A stretch of 40,350 nt of DNA from a virus, in the IMG/VR virus record IMGVR_UViG_3300037419_000544. One strand, given 5' to 3'. The position numbers and the translations under genes are program-made. The first letter of the stretch is position 1. Each line of letters starts with the position of its first letter. The notes beneath the pieces are model-generated. The model saw only the letters and a program-made list of their open reading frames with translations, had not been told where the DNA came from and searched no databases. Of the stretch, positions 6,543 through 16,036 are shown piece after piece.

Positions 6543-6739
6543 CCGGAGTAACGGTTACGTTCCTCAAGCCCCGCCTTCGCTACGAGTGCGGCGTATGGGA
6601 CTGCGGCATTCTGGGGATGGAGTCTCAAGTACGAGTCGAGAACCGCAGGGTCTGGGGGTTCGGCTACTGCCCGAAATCTGCCTACGACGACTGGCTTACT
6701 CAGTTCAACAGGTATCGACTGTTCGGGGAGGGGAAGTGA
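6539..6739 (+). CDS. Hypothetical small protein
   Basis: ATGA overlap. 66 aa. Confidence 0.55.
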   Translation: MTGVTVTFLKPRLRYECGVWDCGILGMESQVRVENRRVWGFGYCPKSAYDDWLTQFNRYRLFGEGK

Positions 6740-7146
6740 GCGAGTCCCTGACCATCGAACTCCACAACCGTGCGCAGGCGAGGGCCGCAATCAAGGCGCA
6801 GCTCTTCCCGTTCCTCGCCAACGTGTTGCAGGGCGGCAATCGCTGGGTGCTAGCCGTCACCAGACGCAAGCGCACTCCTGCGCAGAACCGACGCTATTGG
6901 GGTGGGGGCGTTCTGGCTCAGATTGCGGCGCAGGCGACCGTCAACGGAAAGCTCTATCCAGCCGAGTGCTGGCATGAGCAGTTCAAGCGCCAGTTCATCG
7001 GGGTAATAGAACTCCCTAATGGTCAGGTGGTGGGCAAGAGCAGCACGGACCTGACGACAAGCGAGTTCAGCGAGTTCTGCGACAGGGTGGAGGCGTGGGC
7101 GGCGAGCGAGTTGGGGGTGACGTTTTATGACCTTCCTGCGCACTAG
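6736..7146 (+). CDS. ninB: NinB/Orf-family recombination mediator
   Basis: RRKRTPAQNRRYWG...WHEQFK...GKSSTDLTTSEFSEFCDRVEAWAASELGV matches the NinB pattern. GTG start in a GTGA overlap. Confidence 0.75.
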   Translation: MSESLTIELHNRAQARAAIKAQLFPFLANVLQGGNRWVLAVTRRKRTPAQNRRYWGGGVLAQIAAQATVNGKLYPAECWHEQFKRQFIGVIELPNGQVVGKSSTDLTTSEFSEFCDRVEAWAASELGVTFYDLPAH

Positions 7147-7708
7147 ATGCCCGAACTGCAAGGGGAAGTTGCTCCCGAAGCAACGCATCCACCCGGAGTG
7201 CATCGATGAATGGGCCGCCAAGCAAGAAGCCAAAGCCGCCCGAAAAGCCGAAAGAGAAGCCAGAGCGCGAGCCAAGGTGGATCGGGCGCAGACGAGAGCA
7301 AGGCGCCGCGCGCTGGAGAAGATCTCTGATGTAGAGGAAAAGTGCCGCCGGATCGTTCAGAAGATAGCCCGCATCCGCGACCGGGATCGTGGGTGCATCT
7401 CCTGCGACAAGCCGGCCAGTTGGGATGGGCAATGGCACGGCTCCCACTATCGCGCCCACGGTGGTTGCTCCTCGCTTCAGTTTCACCTTTGGAACATTAA
7501 CAAAGCTTGCTGGATCTGCAACAAGCTCTATTCGGGTCGGCGCGATGGCTACCAAGTAGGGCTGGTGCAGCGGTACGGGCAAGAGCGGCTTGATTGGCTT
7601 GACTCGCAGCCGAAGTCGAAGAAGTTCACCCGCGACTACCTAGAGCGATTCAAGACGGTAATGGGCAAGAGGCTGCGTAGGATGGAAAAAAGATTGGAGA
7701 AGGAATGA
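7127..7708 (+). CDS. ninG: NinG/Rap-family structure-specific endonuclease
   Basis: RDRDRGCISC...QWHGSHYR...LQFHLWNINKACWICN...SGRRDGY parallels lambda NinG. Confidence 0.8.
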   Translation: MTFLRTRCPNCKGKLLPKQRIHPECIDEWAAKQEAKAARKAEREARARAKVDRAQTRARRRALEKISDVEEKCRRIVQKIARIRDRDRGCISCDKPASWDGQWHGSHYRAHGGCSSLQFHLWNINKACWICNKLYSGRRDGYQVGLVQRYGQERLDWLDSQPKSKKFTRDYLERFKTVMGKRLRRMEKRLEKE

Positions 7709-8355
7709 GGGATTGTTTTACGCGCGAAGTATGGGAGTCCATCGCCAACAGGAGGACGGTCTCGGTAGACGACGTGATGCGGATCTTCCCCGGCAAGCCC
7801 CGTCGGGCATATTGCAAGGCGCTGGAGAATTTGGAGCGCCACGGCGTAGTCAGCCTCAGGCGAGACGAGGGCGGCAAGAAGAGAGGCGCTGACGGTACTT
7901 ACAACCCCGGCATATGGGACGTTGTCGGTCAGTTGCCCACGAAGAAGGCCAAGGGCAACGTTGACCGGCATGTCAGCATGACTGCTCTGGTCGCAAGAGC
8001 TGTGGAGGACAGAGGGACGGCGACGGTAGATGACCTGCTCCCAATGTTTCCCCACGTAACGCGCAAGCAGTTGATTGCGGCCATCAAGAACGCAAAACAA
8101 GTCGGCTATCTGCGAATCGTGAGTCTCGGGACCATGAAGGGAGGGCCGAGGCATGGCAATCACCCGAGCACCTACGCGCCTGGAAACAAGAAGCCGGGCA
8201 AGTACCCCAACCAGCCTCCAGTGGAGAGAAGGGTAATCAGCAGCGTCTTTGCGCTGGCTGGCGAATCCATCTTCATTCCGGTGGGTGAGGGTGTGAGGTA
8301 CAGCCCTTTGGGTGAGTGGAACACGGCCGAAGACGAAGAGTTCGCGGCGGCTTGA
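7705..8355 (+). CDS. Hypothetical protein with two tandem winged-helix-like modules
   Basis: Internal duplication: TVSVDDVMRIFPGKPRRAYCKALENLERHGVVSL versus TATVDDLLPMFPHVTRKQLIAAIKNAKQVGYLRIVSL. Confidence 0.6.
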   Translation: MRDCFTREVWESIANRRTVSVDDVMRIFPGKPRRAYCKALENLERHGVVSLRRDEGGKKRGADGTYNPGIWDVVGQLPTKKAKGNVDRHVSMTALVARAVEDRGTATVDDLLPMFPHVTRKQLIAAIKNAKQVGYLRIVSLGTMKGGPRHGNHPSTYAPGNKKPGKYPNQPPVERRVISSVFALAGESIFIPVGEGVRYSPLGEWNTAEDEEFAAA

Positions 8356-8408
8356 GGAACGGGCCAAGCCGGGCGGCCCTTCATGCCCGGCGAGTGAAAG
8401 GAAAGACA

Positions 8409-8771
8409 GTGCAACGTATCGAATCCCCTCGCACCGATGACAGCGCCATCGAGCAGGAAATCAAAGCCAAGGGCAAGACCGCCCCGCGCGTCACGCCTGC
8501 CGACATCGAGGCGAACATCGCGGGCGAGTATTACTTCACCGCCGACAAGGCGATGGGCGAAGGCGTTCCGCTGCTGCCGGCGCTCTCCCTCCTGACCTTC
8601 TGCGTGCTGGTGCTGCGCAACGGCTTCACCGTGACGGGAGAATCTGCTTGCGCCAGTCCCGAGAACTTCGACGCAGACATCGGCCGCAAGATCGCTCGCC
8701 AGAACGCCGTCAACAAGATGTGGCCTCTCATGGGATACGAACTCAAACAGCGCCTGCACGAAGCCGCGTAA
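8409..8771 (+). CDS. Gp49-like phage protein (N4 gp49 / Sf6 gp66 family look)
   Basis: VTPADIEANI...TFCVLVLRNGFTVTGESACASPENFDADIGRKIARQNA pattern. GTG start after AAAGGAAAG. Confidence 0.55.
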   Translation: MQRIESPRTDDSAIEQEIKAKGKTAPRVTPADIEANIAGEYYFTADKAMGEGVPLLPALSLLTFCVLVLRNGFTVTGESACASPENFDADIGRKIARQNAVNKMWPLMGYELKQRLHEAA

Positions 8772-8826
8772 GTCAGTTCGGGCGCCGTTGGGAATCACAA
8801 CAACGAAAGAGGAGCGGGAAAGAAAC

Positions 8827-9240
8827 ATGAAGCGCGCTGAAATCCAACCCGCATGGCTCGTGAGCCTGCTCAATCAGTGGGCCATCCGGCAGATCCCGGG
8901 GCATCAGCTAGGTTACGCCTCGGGGTCGCACTGGATGCGCGGCCTCAAGTCATCCCCCTCCAGTTCCGTTGACCCAACCGGCTACGCAGCAAGGGACTAC
9001 ACGGACCTAGAAACAGCCCTGAACGACCTGATGGCGAACGGGACGAACCTATGGGCTGCTCTGATGATGTACTACAAGCCGTGGGTCATTCAGGCATTTA
9101 GGGATGAGGGCTACCCGTTCCAGACCTCCACGTACTACGACCGGTTGCATAGGGCGCACACCGAAGTAGCTAACGCCATGAACGCGGCCAAGGCTTCTCG
9201 TGATGCTTTGTTGCAACCTTCGGGCTTGACGAACGGTTGA
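8827..9240 (+). CDS. Q-type late-gene antiterminator
   Basis: LLNQWA...GY...MRG...DYTDLETALNDL...LMMYY resembles the phage antitermination Q family. Sits directly before the late promoter and tandem terminators. Confidence 0.6.
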   Translation: MKRAEIQPAWLVSLLNQWAIRQIPGHQLGYASGSHWMRGLKSSPSSSVDPTGYAARDYTDLETALNDLMANGTNLWAALMMYYKPWVIQAFRDEGYPFQTSTYYDRLHRAHTEVANAMNAAKASRDALLQPSGLTNG

Positions 9241-9254
9241 GCTTGGAATATAAA
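9226..9254 (+). promoter_or_regulatory. Late promoter (PR'-like)
   Basis: TTGACG (9226..9231), 17-nt spacer, TATAAA (9249..9254). Overlaps the 3' end of the Q gene. Confidence 0.65.
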
Positions 9255-9390
9255 CGGGGAATTAGGGTAGGAGTGGAGTTGTCACTCTGAACCAGCGGGA
9301 GCCGAAAAGGCGGTTAAGCCGATGACCCGTTGAACATCGGTGAGCGCGGCGGGGTGATGCGCTTTCGCTAGGAAACCCCACAATTCCCCA

Positions 9391-9420
9391 AGGCTCGCTA
9401 CGGCGGGCCTTTTCTTTTAT
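9391..9420 (+). terminator. Intrinsic terminator 1 of the late leader
   Basis: AGGCTCGC-TACG-GCGGGCCT stem (one G-U pair) followed by TTTCTTTTAT. Confidence 0.75.
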
Positions 9421-9498
9421 GCGTTCCCGACCGGACAACATCAGTCATTCCCGGTGAGCCGGTGACTGGGGCGCACCTATTCGCAGCCCTCCTGCTTT

Positions 9499-9526
9499 GC
9501 CCGCCCTAACACGGCGGGCTTTTTTA
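9499..9526 (+). terminator. Intrinsic terminator 2 of the late leader
   Basis: GCCCGCC-loop-GGCGGGC followed by TTTTTT. Confidence 0.8.
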
Positions 9527-9595
9527 CATCTGGAGCCTCCCAATGAAGAAGCTTCGCGACCTCCTTCCCAAGAAGGTGCGGGACACGTACAAGAA

Positions 9596-9922
9596 ATGAT
9601 GCATCCCCTGCAAGATCGGCTCGTCGTTCGCCTGGACGAGAGCATCCCGAGCGCAGCCAAGTTCGGCCTGTGGGTTCCTCCCAAGACGGACGCATGGAGG
9701 GCCAAGGACGGTGCTGTGGAAGGCGAGAACCGGGGGACGGTCGTCGCTGTCGGACCCGGCAGGGTGACGAGCGAAGGCGTCCTGTTGGAGATGAGCGTCA
9801 AGCCAGGGGACATCGTTCGATTCAGCGAACTTGAGTACCCCACGGAGAGCTCTGACGGGCACAAGCACGTCCTCATCTCGGAACAAGACATCCTGTGGGT
9901 TGAAGAGGCGGAAGAGGCGTAA
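9596..9922 (+). CDS. GroES/Cpn10-like co-chaperonin
   Basis: PLQDRLVVRLDE...GTVVAVGPGR...VKPGDIVRF...ISEQDILWVEE aligns by eye with E. coli GroES (PLHDRVIVKR...GEVLAVGNGR...VKVGDIVIF...MSESDILAIVE). Confidence 0.75.
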   Translation: MMHPLQDRLVVRLDESIPSAAKFGLWVPPKTDAWRAKDGAVEGENRGTVVAVGPGRVTSEGVLLEMSVKPGDIVRFSELEYPTESSDGHKHVLISEQDILWVEEAEEA

Positions 9923-9924
9923 TC

Positions 9925-10380
9925 ATGGCCGACACCGGACGCCCGACCGATTACCGCGAGGAGTACGCGGAGCAGGCATACAAGCTGTGCCTGCTGGGGG
10001 CGACCGACGCCAAGATGGCCGACTTCTTCGGGGTGACGGAGCAGACGGTAAACAACTGGAAGACCGCCCATCCGGCGTTTTTTGAGTCCATCACGCGAGG
10101 GAAGATGATGGCTGACGCTGAAATCGCCGAGGCCCTGTTCCATCGCGCCAAGGGCTACAGCCATCCAGAGGACGACATCCGCACGGTGAGCACTCCGGGA
10201 AATGGCTCGGAAATCGTCATCACCCCCACGACCAAGCACTACCCGCCCGATACGCAAGCCGCGAGCCTGTGGCTGCGCAACCGGCAGTCCGGCCTGTGGC
10301 GGGACAAGACCGAGCAGCAATTGAGCGGGGAAGTGGAAATCAAGACGGTTACGCGCCGCATCGTTGACCCGAAGGCATGA
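9925..10380 (+). CDS. terS: Terminase small subunit
   Basis: GRPTDYREEYAEQAYKLCLLGATDAKMADFFGVTEQTVNNWKTAHPAFFESI is a typical TerS HTH. Lies directly upstream of TerL. Confidence 0.8.
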   Translation: MADTGRPTDYREEYAEQAYKLCLLGATDAKMADFFGVTEQTVNNWKTAHPAFFESITRGKMMADAEIAEALFHRAKGYSHPEDDIRTVSTPGNGSEIVITPTTKHYPPDTQAASLWLRNRQSGLWRDKTEQQLSGEVEIKTVTRRIVDPKA

Positions 10381-11609
10381 GCGAACTGGTCATCGAGACG
10401 CCGAGGGTGTTTCTCCCTCTGCTGGAGCCTGCCCGCTACAAGGGTGTGCACGGAGGGCGGGGCTCGGGGAAGTCTCACTTCTTCGCGGAACTGATGATCG
10501 AGCGGCAGATCGCGGAGCGCATCGACGCGGTGTGCATCCGGGAGAACCAGAAGTCTCTTGACCAGTCCGTCAAGAAGCTGCTGGAGAACAAGATCGAGAA
10601 GATGAACGCCGGAGCGTACTTCGACGTTCAGGACAAGCGCATCCTTGGCGCGAACGGCGGCCGGATCATCTTCCAAGGCATGCAGAACCACACTGCGGAG
10701 TCCATCAAGTCGCTTGAGGGCTATGACGTGGCATGGGTGGAAGAAGCCCAGACCATGAGTCAGAAGTCGCTGGACATGCTGCGACCCACGATCCGCAAGG
10801 CCGGGTCTGAACTGTGGTTCTCATGGAACCCGAGGTTCGACACCGACCCGGTAGACGTTCTCCTGAGGGGTGAGAACCCGCCCCCTGGTGCATTGGTGGT
10901 GGAGGCGAACTACGAGGACAACCCGTGGTTCCCGGAGGAACTGAAAGCCGAGATGGAGTACGACCGGGGCCGTGACCCGGAGAAGTACCTCCATGTTTGG
11001 CGAGGGGCGTATCAGCGCAACTCCGAAGCGCGCATTTTCAAGAACTGGCGCGTGGAGGAGTTCGAGGCGCTTGAGGGGGCGATCCACAGGCTTGGGGCCG
11101 ATTGGGGCTTCAGCATTGATCCCTCGGTGCTGGTGCGCTGCCATATCGCTGGTCGAAATCTGTACGTGGACTATGAGGCGTATCAGGTCGGGTGCGAGAT
11201 TGACCGCCTACCTGACCTGTTCATGACGGTCCCCGAGGCTGAGAAATGGCCGATGGTGGCTGATTCGGCTCGGCCCGAAACCATCTCCTACATGCGAAAG
11301 CATGGATTCCCGCGAATCCTCCCGGCGGTGAAAGGCGCTCGCAGCCTGGAGGAAGGAATTGAGTGGCTTCGGTCGTTCGACATCATCGTTCATCCGCGCT
11401 GCCAGCACCTGATCGATGAACTGACGCTGTACTCCTACAAGCGCGACCCGCAAACAGACGCCGTTCTCTCCGTACCTGAAGACAAGGATAACCACGTGAT
11501 TGACGCCCTGCGATATGCCTGCGAGGGGGTACGCAGGGCCCAAACCCGTGCGACCGTAACCCGGACGGTCCAACCCCGCATCGTCATGTCTGATGGCTGG
11601 ATGGGCTAA
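10377..11609 (+). CDS. terL: Terminase large subunit (PBSX-type)
   Basis: Walker A GGRGSGKS. ATGA coupling to TerS. C-terminal nuclease region (DKDNHVIDALRY). Confidence 0.9.
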   Translation: MSELVIETPRVFLPLLEPARYKGVHGGRGSGKSHFFAELMIERQIAERIDAVCIRENQKSLDQSVKKLLENKIEKMNAGAYFDVQDKRILGANGGRIIFQGMQNHTAESIKSLEGYDVAWVEEAQTMSQKSLDMLRPTIRKAGSELWFSWNPRFDTDPVDVLLRGENPPPGALVVEANYEDNPWFPEELKAEMEYDRGRDPEKYLHVWRGAYQRNSEARIFKNWRVEEFEALEGAIHRLGADWGFSIDPSVLVRCHIAGRNLYVDYEAYQVGCEIDRLPDLFMTVPEAEKWPMVADSARPETISYMRKHGFPRILPAVKGARSLEEGIEWLRSFDIIVHPRCQHLIDELTLYSYKRDPQTDAVLSVPEDKDNHVIDALRYACEGVRRAQTRATVTRTVQPRIVMSDGWMG

Positions 11610-11611
11610 GC

Positions 11612-13669
11612 ATGGCAAAGACCGTAATCCAGCAGCTGCAAGACTTCATGCGGCTCGCCATCGACGCGGAGTCGTCAAACCGAGTGGCGGCACAGGAGGA
11701 CTTGAAGTTCGCATCTGGCGACCAGTGGCCCTCCAATATCAAGCAGCAGCGTGAATTAGACCGCCGCCCGTGTCTCACCATCAACAAGACGGACACGTTC
11801 GTTCGCTCGGTGGTGAACAACATGCGCCAGCAGCGCCCCCGGATCAAGGTGCATCCGGTTGCTGACGCCACCAAGAGCCAGGCCGAGGTGAGGCAGGGGT
11901 TGATCCGGCACATCGAGGTTCAGAGCAACGCGGAAGCGGCTTACGACACTGGGGCGGACTACCAGGTGCGCATGGGCTGGGGTTATTGGCGCATCTTGTC
12001 GGAGTACAGCGAGCCCACCAGTTGGGAGCAGGACCTGTGCATCAAGCGCATCCGCAACCCATTCTCTGTGTACTTCGACCCGTCTAGCATCGAGCCGGAT
12101 GGGTTGGATGCCACGCGCTGCGCGATCACGGGGAAGATGCGCAAGGAGGAGTTCAGCGCCAAGTACCCGGGCAAGAAGGTCAGTAGCTGGACTCTGGTGG
12201 GCCCCGGGGACGACATCCCGACGAAGGACGAGATCATGCTGATCGAGTTCATTCGCCTGGAGCAGAAGCCAACCGAGCTATGGCGACTGTCCGATGGCTC
12301 CAGCCAGTGGGCGGACGTGGAGAGTGAGGAGGAGTTGAAGGGGCGCGGCCTGATCGTCATTGATCGCCGCCAGTCCATGAAGACTCAGCTTCGGTGGTCC
12401 CTGTGCAGCGGAGCCGAGGAGGTTGATAAGCGCGACCTCCCTGGTCGGTTCCTCGGGGTGATTCCGGTCTATGGCGCGGAACTCGTTGACGCTGGCAAAG
12501 TGGTCCGATATGGCATGGTCCGCATGCTGAAGGACCCGCAGAAGATGTACAACTTCTGGCGGACGATGGAGACGGAGTTTGTCGCTCTTGCTCCTAAGGC
12601 TCCTTGGGTCATCGCAGAGGGGCAGGTCGAAGGGTATGAAGACGAGTGGAACGCGGCAAACGTCAAGAACTACAGCCGCCTCGTCTACAAGCCAATAAAT
12701 GATGAGCAGGGAAATGCTGTACCGCCTCCTCAGCGCCAGCAGCCACAAGCCGTTCCCGCAGCACAGGTAAACGCCGCCATGATGGCGAGCGAAGACCTGA
12801 AGGCGGTAGCCGGCATGTTCGACCCGGCTCTAGGGGCTGATGGCCAGGAAACGTCCGGCGTGATGGTGGCGAACCGGCAGAAGCAGTCTGACCTGTCGAA
12901 CTACCACTTCTACGACAACCTTACCCGCTCCATCCGGGCGACCGGGATTGTGCTGGACGACCTGATCCCGCACTACTACGACACCCAGCGGGTGATTCGC
13001 ATCCTTGGTGAAGATGGCACGCCCGATTCGGTGACGATCAACGAGCAAGCCATCGGCAAGGTGCTCAACGACGTTACCGGCGGCAAGTACGACGTTGTGA
13101 TGGACACAGGCCCGGGCTACGACACCAGGCGCATGGAGGCGCGCGATGCGATGCTGGAGCTGCTGAAGGCGTTCCCGCAGATTGCGAGCGTCGGGGGGGA
13201 CCTCATCATCCGCCAGTTTGACGCCCCGGGTATGGACGCTTTGGCGGATCGTGTCGCCTCGATGATCCCGGCGGCGCAGGCCGAGAAGCAGCTTCCGAAG
13301 GACATGGACCCGCAAGTGCGCAAGTTCGTGGCCGGCATTCTCACGCAAATGCAGCAATACAAGCAGGTTGCCCAGCAGCTCCAGCAAGAGAAAGAGGCGA
13401 AGCTTGTTGGCCTTCAGGAGAAGGAGCACGCCACCACGGTGCGCGACATGCTCAAGGAAGACGCGGAAACTGAGCGCCTGCGCATCAAGGAAGCGGGCGA
13501 GGATCGCCGCCAGCAGCGCGACATCAACGCCGATGTGTCGATGAACACGCAGGACAACCGCACCAGCATGGTAGAGACGTTCGCCACGCTGGAGGCTAAC
13601 GAAAAGATCGCGCGCCAGAAGGCGCAGCAACACGGTATGCCGAACAACAACCGGCCGACCACCCAATAA
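11612..13669 (+). CDS. Portal protein (P22-type, with long C-terminal coiled-coil barrel)
   Basis: AAQEDLKFASGDQWP...RPCLTINKTDTFVRSVVNNMRQQRPRIKVHP is the P22-type portal pattern. 685 aa. Q/E/K-rich C-terminus. Confidence 0.85.
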   Translation: MAKTVIQQLQDFMRLAIDAESSNRVAAQEDLKFASGDQWPSNIKQQRELDRRPCLTINKTDTFVRSVVNNMRQQRPRIKVHPVADATKSQAEVRQGLIRHIEVQSNAEAAYDTGADYQVRMGWGYWRILSEYSEPTSWEQDLCIKRIRNPFSVYFDPSSIEPDGLDATRCAITGKMRKEEFSAKYPGKKVSSWTLVGPGDDIPTKDEIMLIEFIRLEQKPTELWRLSDGSSQWADVESEEELKGRGLIVIDRRQSMKTQLRWSLCSGAEEVDKRDLPGRFLGVIPVYGAELVDAGKVVRYGMVRMLKDPQKMYNFWRTMETEFVALAPKAPWVIAEGQVEGYEDEWNAANVKNYSRLVYKPINDEQGNAVPPPQRQQPQAVPAAQVNAAMMASEDLKAVAGMFDPALGADGQETSGVMVANRQKQSDLSNYHFYDNLTRSIRATGIVLDDLIPHYYDTQRVIRILGEDGTPDSVTINEQAIGKVLNDVTGGKYDVVMDTGPGYDTRRMEARDAMLELLKAFPQIASVGGDLIIRQFDAPGMDALADRVASMIPAAQAEKQLPKDMDPQVRKFVAGILTQMQQYKQVAQQLQQEKEAKLVGLQEKEHATTVRDMLKEDAETERLRIKEAGEDRRQQRDINADVSMNTQDNRTSMVETFATLEANEKIARQKAQQHGMPNNNRPTTQ

Positions 13670-13723
13670 CCCGGACTGGGGCACGTTACGCCCCGAACCG
13701 CTGCCAGTCGGCCCACTGGCGAG

Positions 13724-13753
13724 CCCGCCCTGAGCAATCTCGGCGGGTTTTTT
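13724..13753 (+). terminator. Hairpin plus T6 after the portal gene (terminator/attenuator)
   Basis: CCCGCC ... GGCGGG followed by TTTTTT. Confidence 0.55.
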
Positions 13754-13772
13754 CGTTTCTGGAACGTTATCC

Positions 13773-14651
13773 ATGACCGATGCTGTCCAAACAGCGAACA
13801 CGACTGACGCGCGTGAAGCGTCTAAGTCTCGCGTAACCACGCAAGAGACGATCCTTGCCAACCTGACCACGCAAAAGGCCGCGTCAGAGCCCGATCCGGA
13901 GAAGAAGCCGGATGGTGAGGGCAACAAGGAAGGGGAATCCAAGCCGAAGAAGTCGCCTCAGGAGCGCATTCAAGAGCTTGCGAACAAGCGCAGGGAGGCC
14001 GAGGAGAAAGCTGAGGCCGCCGAGCGCAAGGCGCGAGAGCTTGAAGACCGCATCCGGGCGATGTCCGCCACTGCCAAGCCCATGGAGGCTGGTGATCGGC
14101 CTTTGCGCTCCCAGTACACCAGCGAAGACGAGTACATCGAGGCGCTGAGCGACTGGAAGGCGAAGGAGGCCATCCGCCGTCGCGAGCAGGAGCAGGAGCA
14201 GGCGCGCATTGAAGCCGAACAGGCGGAAATCGCGGCCAATTGGACCAAGCGGCAGGACGCAGCGATGAAGGTACTCCCCGACTACGCCGACGTGATCGGT
14301 AAATCGGAAGTGCAGGTTCCTAACCACGTTCACCAAGCCATCTTGGAGAGCGAGCAGGGGCCGCAAATCGCGTACTTCCTGGCCCTTCACCCGGACGAGG
14401 CCAAGCGCCTCGCACAGATGAAGACGCTTGCAGCCATCAAGCGGGTTGCAGCCCTTGAGCGCGACCTGGCGGAAATCGAGCGGGAAGACCCCGAGCCGAA
14501 GGCAGACCCCGAGAAGGAGACGCCCAAGGTGCAAAAGAGCAAGGCTCCTCCACCCATCGAGCCGGTGAAGAGTGTTCCGAGTGCGACTGGCAGTTCCAGC
14601 AGCAGCTACGAGGAATACAGGCGCCGACGACAGGCGGAAAAGCGCGGCTAA
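13773..14651 (+). CDS. Scaffolding protein
   Basis: Position between portal and coat. E/K/A/R-rich coiled-coil composition. Confidence 0.7.
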   Translation: MTDAVQTANTTDAREASKSRVTTQETILANLTTQKAASEPDPEKKPDGEGNKEGESKPKKSPQERIQELANKRREAEEKAEAAERKARELEDRIRAMSATAKPMEAGDRPLRSQYTSEDEYIEALSDWKAKEAIRRREQEQEQARIEAEQAEIAANWTKRQDAAMKVLPDYADVIGKSEVQVPNHVHQAILESEQGPQIAYFLALHPDEAKRLAQMKTLAAIKRVAALERDLAEIEREDPEPKADPEKETPKVQKSKAPPPIEPVKSVPSATGSSSSSYEEYRRRRQAEKRG

Positions 14652-14682
14652 CATCCGCGCCGTTGGGAGCCAAACAGTCAAC

Positions 14683-14705
14683 AGCCCTCTTCGGAGGGCT
14701 TTTCC
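14683..14705 (+). terminator. UUCG-tetraloop hairpin/attenuator upstream of the coat gene
   Basis: AGCCCTC-TTCG-GAGGGCT followed by TTTCC. Confidence 0.5.
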
Positions 14706-14722
14706 ATGTTTGGAGCTAGGAA

Positions 14723-16036
14723 ATGAGTAACCAACTTCTCAATATCAGCGACATCACCAATGAGTCGCTGATGATTCTGGAGAACGAGCTTGTGCTCGCG
14801 GACAAGGTGAACCGCGAGTACGACGACAAATTCGGCATCGATGGTGCCAAGATCGGCTACACGGTAAACGTGCGCCGTCCGGCCCGCTTCCGTGGCACCG
14901 CAGGCCCCGCCCTGAACGTCGAGGACTTCCAAGAAGGCTCGGTGCCGGTGTCGCTGACGACGCAATTCCACGTCGATACGCAGTTCATCACGTCGGATCT
15001 GCTGCTGTCCATGGACATGTTCAGCACCCGCGTGCTCAAGCCGAAGATTGCCACCATCGCCAACCGCATCGACTATGACCTGTCGATTGCGATGCGAAAC
15101 AGCTTCTTCAACATCACCGGCACCCCGGGCACGCTCCCGACGACCGTTACGCCCTTCCTGCAAGCTGGCGCGTGGCTGGACTCGGAGGCGGTGCCGCGTG
15201 ACGGCAATCGCTACCTGTGCCTGGATCAGTGGTCCCAAGCCTCCATGGTCGGCAACCTGACGGGCCTCTTCAACCCGCAGGCGCAGATCGGCGAGCAGTA
15301 CAAGAAGGGCGTCATGTCTCGCCAGACGCTGGGCTTCGATTGGTACATGGACCAGAACATCGTTGCCAAGAGCTTCGGCGCGCTGGGTGGGACCCCGCAG
15401 TTCGACAACACGCAGACCTCTTCTGCCGTCATCTCCAGCGGCTGGGTGCAAAAAGGCACCTTCGGCACCAAGGGATGGACGGCCTCGACTGCGGTCGTGA
15501 AGGTGGGCGACGTGTTCTCGGTGGCGAACGTGAACGCGGTCAACCCGCAGAACCGCCAAAGCGTGGGCAAGGGTCGCTTCTTCGTCGTCGTGGCTCCGAC
15601 CGGCTCTCCCGCCAACGGCACGTACACCGCCAACCCCGACCCGATCACGGGCGTTGACATGGGCGGCACGTACACCTCGGATGGCTCTGGCAAGCTGCAA
15701 CTGACGGTGATGAACGCCTGCATTTCGAGCGGCCAATATCAGAACGTGGATGCGGCCCCGGCCAACAGCGCGAACCTCACGTTCGTGGCGGGTGCTAACG
15801 CCTCGGGCCCGCAGAACCTGGCGTTCCACCGTGACGCCTTCACGCTGGTGTCGGCCGACCTCCCGCTGCCCGGCGGTGTGGATATGGCTTCGCGTGCCGC
15901 TGCCAAGGACGTGGGCCTGTCGATTCGTGTGGTGCGCCAGTACACGATCAACAACGACGCCCTTCCGACGCGCCTGGACGTTCTGTACGGCTATGCGCCT
16001 CTGTACGCCGAGATGGGTGCTCGCGTCACTGGCTAA
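14723..16036 (+). CDS. Major capsid (coat) protein, P22 gp5-type with insertion domain
   Basis: The N-terminus ITNESLMILENELVLADKVNREYDDKF...GYTVNVRRPARF is typical of the P22 coat family. 437 aa. Synteny supports the call. Confidence 0.85.
   Translation: MSNQLLNISDITNESLMILENELVLADKVNREYDDKFGIDGAKIGYTVNVRRPARFRGTAGPALNVEDFQEGSVPVSLTTQFHVDTQFITSDLLLSMDMFSTRVLKPKIATIANRIDYDLSIAMRNSFFNITGTPGTLPTTVTPFLQAGAWLDSEAVPRDGNRYLCLDQWSQASMVGNLTGLFNPQAQIGEQYKKGVMSRQTLGFDWYMDQNIVAKSFGALGGTPQFDNTQTSSAVISSGWVQKGTFGTKGWTASTAVVKVGDVFSVANVNAVNPQNRQSVGKGRFFVVVAPTGSPANGTYTANPDPITGVDMGGTYTSDGSGKLQLTVMNACISSGQYQNVDAAPANSANLTFVAGANASGPQNLAFHRDAFTLVSADLPLPGGVDMASRAAAKDVGLSIRVVRQYTINNDALPTRLDVLYGYAPLYAEMGARVTG

Noticed and set aside
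9256-9389. 8-nt inverted pair GGGGAATT (9256..9263) / AATTCCCC (9382..9389) as a closing stem of the late leader RNA
   Set aside because: The predicted transcription start (about 9261) falls inside the 5' arm, so the full stem would not exist in the RNA. An 8-mer pair can also arise by chance.
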